In this document: piece by piece, positions 25,373 through 36,100 of the stretch
Layout of the letters: each line of letters opens with the position of its first letter
Numbering within the stretch: position 1 is the stretch's first letter
NCBI GenBank assembly: GCA_047495785.1
Contig: JBLDXI010000006.1
Coordinates: 62,001-126,000, forward strand
Direction of reading: 5' to 3'
DNA length: 64,000 nt
DNA from: Lepidodermella squamata
Lineage: Eukaryota; Animalia; Gastrotricha
Notes under the pieces: model-generated
Seen by the model: the letters and a program-made list of their open reading frames with translations, nothing else
What the model was told of the DNA's origin: nothing
The model's database searches: none
Translations under genes and position numbers: made by a program

Positions 25373-26374
25373 ATGGTCATTGAAGCCGTAATCGATCCGA
25401 AACTCGAAGAGGTGGACGCTTCCCAGTTTCAGTCCAGCCCTGGCGATGAAAACTGGGAGTACAAACAGGTGATCGATCACATCGAAAGCATGCACGGCGG
25501 CGAGGGCGACGAAGCGGCGCGGGCAAAGTGGCAACTCTACGAAAGCTCAATCCCCGAGAACTCGCCATCGATGCACGACAACCTAGCTGGCTACATTGAA
25601 AAATGCTGGGCCAGCCACGCCGGCATCGTCTTCCGGCCCGATCTCTTCTATTTCACGGTTTTCAACGAAATCGCGCAGTACGTTATCAAAAACCACGAAG
25701 AATGTCGGTCGATTTTCACGGACAAGCCGTATAAACAGCAGATTGTCATTGTTCAAGACACGGCCAAGTGCATTGATTTCGAGAAATTAACCGCGGCGCT
25801 GCGCGAGAGAATTCCGAGTTCGATCGAGAAATTGCTGCCCGATTTTACGACTGACACTGAAATGTCCCGAGAAGCTCGTTTGGCCGCCTTCGCTGAGGCC
25901 GCCTCGCCCTACTATATGTACTTCACCACCCTTTGCGGGATTAAAAAGGTCCGGCTTGAAGGTACTCTTGAAGACTGGACCAAAATTGAATCCGCCCTGA
26001 AAAACTGGGCCGATTTGCTGCCAGGTGCTGAGATTAAAAAATATTTGAAAACCACGCTGGAAATTTGCGAGAAAATTGCCGGCCAAGTTCGAGCCGGTAA
26101 GCTAGACACGCAGTTTTGGTCGAAGATTTTCTGGGACGAGCACTGCGGTTCTGGGCACCCTGAGTACTGCGGTTGGCTGATTGATTTGTGCAACAAGCCG
26201 CAGCGATCGTCGCCGTTTGACTTGCGGGGTCACGTGACCAGTGTCGAGTGGCAGGTCATTGGCGGGGATGAGAAGAAATTCATTGTCCATCACGGGCTGT
26301 TTTCGTCGACGCTGGATAGCAACAAGTTCCTGGTTCCAGCATATTCGCGCATCATTTTCACTGAGAAAAAGTGA
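25373..26374 (+). CDS. DUF4419 family protein, intronless
   Basis: H..IVFRPD, AQYV..N.E..R..F, PDFTT, PYY.Y...CGI..V.LEGT.EDW and FW..I...GSG....GW motifs. Confidence 0.85.
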   Translation: MVIEAVIDPKLEEVDASQFQSSPGDENWEYKQVIDHIESMHGGEGDEAARAKWQLYESSIPENSPSMHDNLAGYIEKCWASHAGIVFRPDLFYFTVFNEIAQYVIKNHEECRSIFTDKPYKQQIVIVQDTAKCIDFEKLTAALRERIPSSIEKLLPDFTTDTEMSREARLAAFAEAASPYYMYFTTLCGIKKVRLEGTLEDWTKIESALKNWADLLPGAEIKKYLKTTLEICEKIAGQVRAGKLDTQFWSKIFWDEHCGSGHPEYCGWLIDLCNKPQRSSPFDLRGHVTSVEWQVIGGDEKKFIVHHGLFSSTLDSNKFLVPAYSRIIFTEKK

Positions 26375-26499
26375 TATAGGATAACGACTACTTGATCGCT
26401 TCAATTTTCTAATCAAGCTTCGGAATATATTACCAAATTACTAGAGCGCTTGTTGGCTTTAAAAAATAAATAAGCACTTGAAACCATGTTTGTGTTTAG

Positions 26500-26766
26500 G
26501 ATTATTGAAGAAAACGGGTCTATTTTTCAAATTAAACCTACAGAGAGAATATTCCGTGGAAAACCCGGAAAACCCCAATGGTAACTGGTTCGGTAATTTG
26601 CGGTATTTTACCCGGTTTGACGAAATTTCTTCGGAATTTCTTTATACTATTAGCAAGTAACATAATTTATTAGTATTCTCGTTATGTTTTTGAATTTTCT
26701 AAACTTTTTCTGGCCATGAGATGTGAATTCGTTTCTTTACTTTTCGTTACTTATGGGACACGCTCT
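26500..26766 (-). repeat. Second copy of the 5667-6134 MITE family
   Basis: The reverse complement begins agcgtgtcccataagtaacg and shares catggccagaaaa, gggtaaaataccg and ggaatattctctctgtaggt. Confidence 0.65.
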
Positions 26767-27057
26767 ATTATACGTAGCTTGAATCCAGAAAGGTTTTAAC
26801 GAAGTAATGTACAAAGCATTTATATAACATTTATAGCAGTCATTAAATATTAAGCAAGACGTAATGGGGTGTCACATAAATTTGTCTAATTATTCCATTG
26901 AAAATAAATTAACAGGAAAGACAAAACGATTGTTTATAAATAAATAAGGAGTGCGCGTGTAACCGATCGATGAATGTATGCTGGAATGTTGATTAGTCCG
27001 TCCAGAGGGACTAATTAAAGGTCGGGGCTTAGAAGTTGTACACTGCCTGTTCATTCC

Positions 27058-29427
27058 TCAAGAGTTCGGGGCCACAAGGTCCCGATTTCCACGGCCAAAT
27101 TTCGAAAATAACTCATCAATGGTGGGCCATTGTAGAATGAAAATTAATGACTGTGACGTAGCCAGTGTAAAAGCTGACAGAGTTCCGAACAAGCCATTCG
27201 GCGAACTAGCGAACACTGAGTAAGCAAATGTGCACAGCAGGAGGGAAGAAAAGGTGAAGAACAGAGCGATTGCCGTACATCGCGTTTCTTTTTTTAGCGT
27301 CAAATGTTGACGGCTTGGCTTGGCGGCAGTTGCTGGGTTGAACCTATTTGGATGTATCTTACCGGATGAAATTCTTGCCAAGTCAGACCTTGTGCTCCCT
27401 CCTCGTTTTCGAGTCGAGCTTACCGCTAAGCTTAGAGCGATCCCGAGCAGGAGGCCTTGCAATACAAGGAGAACTATCGGCGCTTTGGAAACAGCGTTTT
27501 CGTTAAGAAAAGAGCATGTGTAGATGAGCTCGGTCCACACTGTATCGCTCTCCGCTTCGTAAAATGAGTTCGATGACGTGGAAGCTATTGGCTTCGATTC
27601 TCCGAGGTACCAAGCTAGAACTAAGCAAACATCCACCACCACAACTACAGCTATAGCTCTGATAAGAACATTTCGATGTCTAGCATTTTCGACAAAGCGA
27701 TGTAGCCACAGCTTCGCGCCAATCGCTGATGTTAAAACGCCGAAACCGATTATCGTTAGTGGCCCAACAGCTAAGCAGAAGATGCCAAGCTTTTGTAGAT
27801 TGGAACCTTCAATTGGATGGAACAAAACTGCAGAAGCCATCAGGGTCGAACCTAGGCAGGTGATGAAATCGAACACGTTCGACGTTTTCAGTATGTACCC
27901 CAGTAGTTGTAGCAGCCATTTGGCAGATATGGTAATAACGGTTGCGGAAATCAAGCCGCTGACAGTATGTTCCCGGACGACATTCTCATGGTGAGCGAGC
28001 AAGGGTTCGGTGCGAAGCACTGATCCTTTGTGCCATCGCAATGGCGTTATTTTCTCGAAGTACTTCTCAGGGTCGGAAATGCTGCGATTCCTTGCGATAA
28101 GAACGGCACTACGGGCGCCCTGATACAGCTGTTCAACTGTAATAGGAGGGTTTATCGATTCATCCTCTCCTGGTAGAAATGCTGCTTTTCCAAGCAATCC
28201 AGTTGCTTCTACGTTCACTGTCCTTTGTCGTATGAGTTCGGTTAATTCAAATTTCCTACGCCTGTCCATGATTATTTCTTTCAGACTATCGTTTCGTTTG
28301 TTAAGTTCGAGCTCGGCGTTGTGAAGAATTCTTGCACCAATAACTACGTCATCGAAGCACATCATTCGCCAAGAGAACGTAGGGTCATTCTCGAAATTCG
28401 GAACCTTCAACGACAAGTATTCATCTAGCTGCCTGGCGGTTATACCAATCTGACTTTTGAAGTTCTTAGACTGAGAGGTTGCAAGAAAGTCCGGCCCTAT
28501 GTACAGCGTGTATTCAGCGAATTCCTGGACCATTTTCCGTGTGCAGCCAGGTGGGAGAATTCCGTTGACTACGTCAATCCATGAATTGAAAATCCAAACT
28601 ACGTTGCGTCCCCACAGGCCTTTTCGATAGGCCTCACATGCCATAGCTGGACAAAAGTTGACGTAGCAGTTGCCGTAGATGACTCGAACATCAGCAGACT
28701 TCAGTCTGGCTAGAGATTCCCGCACCCCCGCGTCGTCCATGTAAAATTCCTCCGCAGCGACTTTTTTCCCAGCTCCGAGAATAGCCTTCGCGAAATAGAT
28801 CGCGTCATCATAAGTTGTCTGGACAGCATCAGCCAGGTATCCCATGCGATTCCAACCCAAATAAAGCATCAGCTTAGCTCTAAATTTCTCGACCTCGACA
28901 AAAGATGGTGCGAAACGGTAGAAATTCGGGTACAGCTTTCGATTTGTAAACTGAGGTTCGGTGCATCCAATCACGACATTGATGAATCCGTAGTGTTGGG
29001 GCAACCTAGCGGCTGTTTTACAGGCTGGCGAGCAGATTCCACCGAGATAGAGAGGCGGAACGTAAGCCTCTCCGTTGAATTTTTCTCTTAATGGCAACGT
29101 CAAGTTGCCGTAGACTCGCGAGCTGTTAACGACCGGCTCTAGGTTTTCGTAGAATTTCAGCGCCATTTCTTGAGCTGCAATGGCCAAACACTGGTCATCG
29201 CCCATGTCGATTTGCAGCTTGTAATTTGGTAGAATATCGGGGCTTGAATTTATTGCCTCCAGGACAAGTGTTACAGCCTCAGTGCACATTGGACCCATGC
29301 TATTGACTGGGCCACCAATCGGAGCACTCATTGGGACTTTCAAGGTGAAAGGCTTCTGTGCGCAGGAAATCATTGGAATCGTCGCCAAAATTGCAGTGAC
29401 CCACCACATTTGTTGTAGGGAAATCAC
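27058..29427 (-). CDS. GABA-B-receptor-like class C GPCR, intronless, intact
   Basis: Signal peptide, Venus-flytrap motifs (INSSPDILP.YKL, DDQC, YPNFYR, ADVRVI) directly linked to 7 TMs (AKLW, D..L.AW) with no Cys-rich domain. Confidence 0.9.
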   Translation of the reverse strand: MISLQQMWWVTAILATIPMISCAQKPFTLKVPMSAPIGGPVNSMGPMCTEAVTLVLEAINSSPDILPNYKLQIDMGDDQCLAIAAQEMALKFYENLEPVVNSSRVYGNLTLPLREKFNGEAYVPPLYLGGICSPACKTAARLPQHYGFINVVIGCTEPQFTNRKLYPNFYRFAPSFVEVEKFRAKLMLYLGWNRMGYLADAVQTTYDDAIYFAKAILGAGKKVAAEEFYMDDAGVRESLARLKSADVRVIYGNCYVNFCPAMACEAYRKGLWGRNVVWIFNSWIDVVNGILPPGCTRKMVQEFAEYTLYIGPDFLATSQSKNFKSQIGITARQLDEYLSLKVPNFENDPTFSWRMMCFDDVVIGARILHNAELELNKRNDSLKEIIMDRRRKFELTELIRQRTVNVEATGLLGKAAFLPGEDESINPPITVEQLYQGARSAVLIARNRSISDPEKYFEKITPLRWHKGSVLRTEPLLAHHENVVREHTVSGLISATVITISAKWLLQLLGYILKTSNVFDFITCLGSTLMASAVLFHPIEGSNLQKLGIFCLAVGPLTIIGFGVLTSAIGAKLWLHRFVENARHRNVLIRAIAVVVVVDVCLVLAWYLGESKPIASTSSNSFYEAESDTVWTELIYTCSFLNENAVSKAPIVLLVLQGLLLGIALSLAVSSTRKRGGSTRSDLARISSGKIHPNRFNPATAAKPSRQHLTLKKETRCTAIALFFTFSSLLLCTFAYSVFASSPNGLFGTLSAFTLATSQSLIFILQWPTIDELFSKFGRGNRDLVAPNS

Positions 29428-30151
29428 TTTGGCAAAGCTTGCTGTAAGGGCTTCTATGCTATTTCAGAAAGTATCTGGCTAGACATATGGTCTGTATTAG
29501 GTTTAATGCATCTTAATCTTAATCTTAAGTGACTTGATGGAAGTTGACGTGACTTTTCCTCTCATTTGAGGATGTAACTAGCTACTTATCACTGGACACA
29601 CGCCATTCTCGTGACCAGATCGATTTCATAGAAAATCATGCGGGCTAAAAGTATAAACACAGACGCTTATGGTATTTGACGTATATCGTGACCACATTTA
29701 TTGGGAGTTGAGAGCTAATTGAGGTTTGTTTTATTTTATTTGTTAATGCTGGTGTATTAAAGCGATCTGCTGGAAATCTTTGATGATCTCCTAAAAAGAA
29801 CTTCCTAAAATGATTTTGCATCATTTACCTATATCAAACTGTTCCCGGCTTGTTTTGAATTCTAAACAAAAAACCTGTTTGGAAAACTGTCGTCTATCGC
29901 GCATATGTTTTATCAAGGACGAAAGTTAATAAAACTGCAATCACAGGCGGATAAACTGATTTTTTATTAAAACTGCAAAGAAAACATAATCGCAGGTTCA
30001 TAATCACGCACTATTAATCTCGAAGTTCAATAATAAAGCCATCAAGACGCTTGGGGTACGAAGAGCGTATATTTTTGTGTAAGAATAATCTTGAGTTTGC
30101 GTATAATTTATCTTCTCCATCTTCTCCTAAAAACTAGAGATAACTAGAGAG

Positions 30152-33100
30152 ATGCACATTCTCCTCATTATGCTACCCATCATGGACAATGTCTCAGGAT
30201 TCGGCCCGCCTTTACTATTGGTGCCTTACAATCGACAATATGGCACAACCAATATTGTGAATGGGTCGAAAACGCTAATAATATATGAAAGTCATGCTTC
30301 CTCAGCTGGCGTTATGCCACAAGCAGGTCCATTCGGTTACTTCGACAGCGCCTACACCGTCTCGCTAGGGGGGTCGTTGTCCACTTATTATTTAGAAGTT
30401 CACTCCTTCGAAAAACGCCAGCGAACAATTTCGACGTTCTTCTTCACATACGCCTCATCAGACCGACTGGCGAGAGGGATCGTCGAGTTTCGAGAGATGG
30501 AGTTCATAATTCGCGTCAGGTTTCAAGTTGCCAATTCTAGCGTTAACATAAGCGCACACAAGCCATACGATGGTTTCCACTCGTTGCAACCCATATCGAT
30601 GACTGTTGATAACGCATGGCAGCCGAGAAAATGGCACTTTATAGCTGTTGTCAGCCACAACGAATCACATTTTTCGGTATTTATGGGTGTCGAGCCGGCT
30701 TACGAACTCGTCAAGCTGGCAACTCTTGATGCAAGTGCTTTCAACGATCCTCAAAATAAGCCTATGCCATACTACATTCTGAAAATCGGTTTTATAGTAT
30801 GGGATATTGTAGTAAGCTTTGGTGTCACTTTCGCACATTCGCTGAACGATGACATTTTTTCAGGGAAAATTGGACACTCATAACGGAGCAACAGAAGGAT
30901 TCTCTTGCTTAGTGACCTACAATACGTCACTGACCCATCAGCAATTGACTTCAATCATCGATGGTTGTCGTGGTCTAAATGAAGAACTAATTTCAAAGCA
31001 AATAGGTCTCGTTTTAAAATTTTTTCAAGCTCTCGTATTCAATGATACTCAATGCAGTTGAAATTGTTGGGAAAATGGTGTATCAAGGCCTCGATTGGCC
31101 GCGAGCAGAAAAGCGTCGAGCAATCAAAGATCACGTGAGACAAATTTATTGACAACTTCAAGCCCTGGACCCCTAACCTAAAGATATTTTACTATTTTCA
31201 GTTGAACGAGATCTTGGGGAACATCTCTTACGGCCCACCGGATTCTTTCATAGCGAAACTTGAGAAGGGCATAGGCAATACCATCATTGCAACGTTTACG
31301 AGCATTATCCAACGAGCATATCCTTTTAATGCTAACCGCAGCGAAGAAAGTGTCTTGGAAGAATTAAGTGATTTAATTGCGAATAAAAACATCACGCTTT
31401 CATCGGCAACGCAAGGTGAGCTATAGAAGATGACCTGAAAATGCGGTTATTCGAAGTTTTAACTTGTAGCGGTGCCAATGCCAAGATCTTTCTCGTTGTT
31501 GGGCTTTTGGCCTATTGCATTGTACCATGGCTTTTACGATTTGGGCCCTCGTCGCCTGACGAGCAAGCCTTTGATCGAACAGCCTTCTTTTCCCAAGCAT
31601 GGCATTTTTGATTTCGCGGGCGTGTGGTTCAGCAGCCAAGTTTTCAAAGTTGACGATTTCGAGATCCCAATGCGATCTACCTCGGGTTTTACTGTATCCT
31701 TCTTCTACCTTTATGACCAATCTTTCCCCGGTATGAGGGGGATTGTCGAATTTCATCCGCACTCGGTCGTTTTCGGATATCAGGATCCTGGTGCTTTAGT
31801 TATCGAACTACCAGGCTGTATCATAGTAGCACCAGGTATATTCCCCAGATCGGAGTGGACTTTTGTAGGATTCGTGTTCTCCGCAGAGCCAAACACGCCG
31901 TGGCTAACAATTTTCAACAATTTCACAGCTATATTCGTTGTTGGAAAGCCGCCAAGCAACGATTTGGCGAAAACTTGGTGGTCTAAATCATCAGGATTCA
32001 CTGTTGGCTCATCGAACTGGACAGCAATGCCTCATGCGATAGCCGCGCTTTCAATTTATGACGGCAAGCTAGCGAGAGATGAGCTGTTCGCCGTTCAAGA
32101 TGCAATGCGTTACACCATATCGCGAGAAACATGCGGTATTTCCTCGAAATTATCGGAGACACCAGTGTCGCCTGTACAAAAACCAACATTTGCTGATAGT
32201 GGTCTATTCCCGTTTATTACAATCTCCAAAGGACAGTGTATATTCTCGTTGCTGACTGATAGAATTGTTATAACGAGCTATTCTTGCCGGGAAATGCTTA
32301 CGTCAAATTTTACTGGCAAGATCTCAAATGGACTCGTTATAGCACAGTTCGAAAAACCATACCCCAACATGAACGTTTGCCTACCGACATGCTGCAATGA
32401 AAAGATCTTGTGGAATGGTGACGCTTATATTGTTGGGCTTCGGGGGTCCAACTTTCTGGCATTACGCTACATTTCTGGAATACTAGTATCTCAATCCAAG
32501 TGTCATCGAAAAAATATCAGCGAGTCACAGCAATCAGACGGACCATTTCTATGCTTTCAAACGAAGCACGAACCCCTCTCACCCTGCGATTTACTCCCAG
32601 GTTCGGCTTTGCTGCTGACCATCGATAGCGACAATGCAACCCAGCTTGGAAGGAGATTTGTTCTCGTAATAGGAATCCTGAAAATCAACCTGCATCTATT
32701 TTTGATATTCTGTGTAGGCCGGCCTATACCTCGATGATCTCAGCGAAACTTGCGATTCAGGACCTCCCATCAAATTCAGGAACACTTTCTGGATGAGTGA
32801 ATGGATAAAAACTACTGCTGGCTGCCTCAATGTTCCGGCAAATCAGCCGTGCCCCTACATCTACGAGTGGGAAAACGTAACTGAAACTTTCACCACTGGA
32901 GCTGTTGTTGAAGAGAAAATACCGGTATCTGAAACAACAACACCGAGTTACGATCAACAAAGCTACACAGGTTTCTACTGATTTTTTATCATTGGCGGAT
33001 TTAAGGACAAATCGTCGTCGGCGCGTCAAAATCCCACTCGCGATCCTGAACTTCATTCGCGAAATTCTTGCTTATAATAATTCCGAATCAAATGAAAAAT

Positions 33101-36100
33101 ATTCAGAAATGATTAAAATAAAATAAAGAAATTTTTAAATATATGTTTTTTCATTTAATTGACCTTCACATTATTTTTGCGGGGTTTGCAGCCCGACGGT
33201 TTGGCGGTTTGGCGGTTTTCGGCATAAACCTTAACCTGTCCGCTGTTCGCTGTTGTTAGAAGTTGTTGCTGTTACCTTCTTGAGCATTTTGCTACGACAT
33301 GACAGTCGCTTAAAGGCCAGATAAGCTATCTCGTAGTGAAAATTGCTGTTTCGAGTTAATGATTACTAACATCTTGCCTTGGCCGATGGATGGAAGCAGC
33401 ATTTTGATAGCGCTTGGTTCAGATATCGTTCATCTCGCTTGATCAATACTGAAGTGCTTTTTGTCCAAGTAGCTACGTGTCAGCGATTATACTAAACGCT
33501 TGTTTCTCAGCCTGGGAATGTCTTCAATTGCTGGTATCACTAATATCGGCTTTTGCGCCCAAGCTTGGCCATCAGCATTATCACCATTGTCATTGTTTAA
33601 TTGGTTTTGCTTCAATAAAGGCAAACCAGCTTGCAGAAGTCTGAGCTAGGAAGTGTTAATGGCTGCGGGCATTTTGTTTTTCATCTAGCAAAGCCAGGGT
33701 GATAGACTGCTGCTATTAGAAACTTGAATACTCAATTAACCTGTATGGCATCTATCATGCGTTTCAACTTGATTCTTTCAATGTTCTGTAATACTGCTTC
33801 TCCATTAACCTTCTCAATGACCAGAGTCAACTATCAACTATCAACAGTTAGTGATAGTTGAATGTCATTTGAACTCAATCTAAAACCAGGTTTAACTGAT
33901 CAAAATCTTGTTTTGCTTGGAAGAAGACTTGATCTCACTTAGATCCACAAAGATTGGTGCGCATTGTTGTCTTTCTTGATGAACAATGACTTACTCGCGA
34001 GACTTATTGCCATCAACCGGAATGGAATCTGCATCGTTATGATTGAAGAGTATGGATTTTCAATGGGGTCCTGTTGCCTTGTCCCTAAACCCTGCTCCTT
34101 GCGTTGATTAAATCATTTTTATTAATATTGAAAATCAAATATTTAGATGAACGCGTTTAAACCACTGTGTTTAATTGTTTTATTCTTCGGCGCCGTCTCG
34201 GCGGCCGTGTTTTGTATTGATAAAACAGGTTATTTCATTCCGTTACTTCTCCACAAATGTTAATCTATATCGGTTTTTAGAGGAGAACCTGGCCGCCTGT
34301 GCTGTGGGCGAGGGCCCTTGTGGGCCTTGGTGCCTAACTGCTTCTGCAACCACTGCACCTAGTGCAACTACTGCTGCAACCACTGTACGTAGTGAAACTA
34401 CTTCTGCAACGCATGAATTCACGGGATTCGCCGGATTCAGTATGTTTACTTTCTTAACGGTCGAATTCGAATTTATTTGGAATGTATCAATTATAGAGAT
34501 CCGACATGATTTGGTCGATTTGGTCGAGCTCCTCCTGACCGCCGTCTCCCTGTTAATTTTTGGATTCGCAATTGTCATCGGCGCCATCACCGGCGTAAAA
34601 GCCTGGTGGGACGGGCGGCGAGCGGCGGGCCAGCTTGTTGCCGCCGCAACTTCGGGAGCACTGCAGGCAGTCGAGGCGGTCCAACCACTCATCGAACGAA
34701 TCTCTATTCCTGTCGAGGCGATCGCTGCCATGCAGCCCCAGCTGGAACGTGTCCTGTCTACACAGCCTAAGTTGAACAAAGAGCTCTCCAGTCTGCTTCG
34801 AAGCCAGGTCAACCACGGCGGCAGTACGCCCCACCTCCGTGGCAGAACGGAAGTTCTTTCGGTCCCGCTGCTTGACCAATCTCGCTCTTCTAGAAGCGGC
34901 TGGAAAATAGTAAGCTTTATTGCCTAGTTTTTATCGCATGTTTGCATGTGCATGTCATTTTCAAGTCGAACACTTCGCAAACTGTTCGCTGAAGAAATAC
35001 GAAAATTGAAAATACGAATTACGAAGATGAGAGATCCAAAGATGAGAGTGAAAGATCCAAAGAAGATTGATTCGATTGATCCAAAGACGTTTGATTCGAA
35101 GAAGATTGATTTGAAGAATGAAAGATTTTCAAGACGATGAAATGATGCACCAAACTAATGCTGTTTTCTCTTTATAGGTTTCTTGACTACTTATTCAGAA
35201 AGTAAGTATTTGAAATTTAATTGATGCAGCCAGGCATGGTTGAAGCTTTGTCGATGCAGCCAGGGAAGTTTTTAACATCAGCGCTTGTGTACTAATGCTG
35301 GTTTTTTTATTTTAATCACGTGCAGTTGTAGAAATTAATTCTCGTTTTAGATGATATTATTTTACTTATTTTTTCTATAACGCTGAGGCGAATAATCTGG
35401 ATTTACTCATCGGATTCGGCGCATTGATTGCGGTTGCTTTGTGTTGCTTGGAGGGTGTAAATTTCTGGATCAGGCTGAGAAATTAGTATTCGGATTTATT
35501 TGGAGTGTATCAATTATATACATCCGAAACAAGCCCCAATATCGGTGCAACACAGTGGTTCGTTGTCTATTAATCTGACAGCGAGGCGATGTAACGTATT
35601 GCCGTTTTTTTAGAAACAAATTTCTGATTGTCTTGCACGAGAGCCAGTGGTACCCGCGAGAAAGGGCGATGAAACGCGCTGCTCAACCGATCTATTATGC
35701 CGGGCTTCACTCCGGATTTCACTGTTTCAACTGATCTCATTCATGGTAATCTGCCGTGATTACAATTTTCTGATTACAATTGTAACATTTTTCGTTCGCC
35801 TAGATCATCAAAGCCACGTTGGGCAACTGCTTGGTTACGGGACAACTGGAATTTTATGACCTATCGAACTTCTTCTCATTGATTTTAAGCTGTTATTTAC
35901 AATGAAAACAACGGAAGTGATCAAATAAAGTTAATTTATTGATTCAAATTCGTCCTTATCTTCCTCGCTTGAATCATCGTCGCTTAAATCATTCACAATA
36001 TCAAAAATGACAGCTCGTTCGTCAAATCTATTGAGATCATTTCCAAGCACATCACGCCGAATCGGGTTTACAAAGCGACAAAATTGCAGAGGGTGACCAA

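Noticed and set aside
34163-35557. RSS/Transib-like CACTGTG...CACAGTG inverted pair
   Set aside because: Only 12 bp match, there is no 5-bp TSD, and the left copy lies inside a signal-peptide exon.
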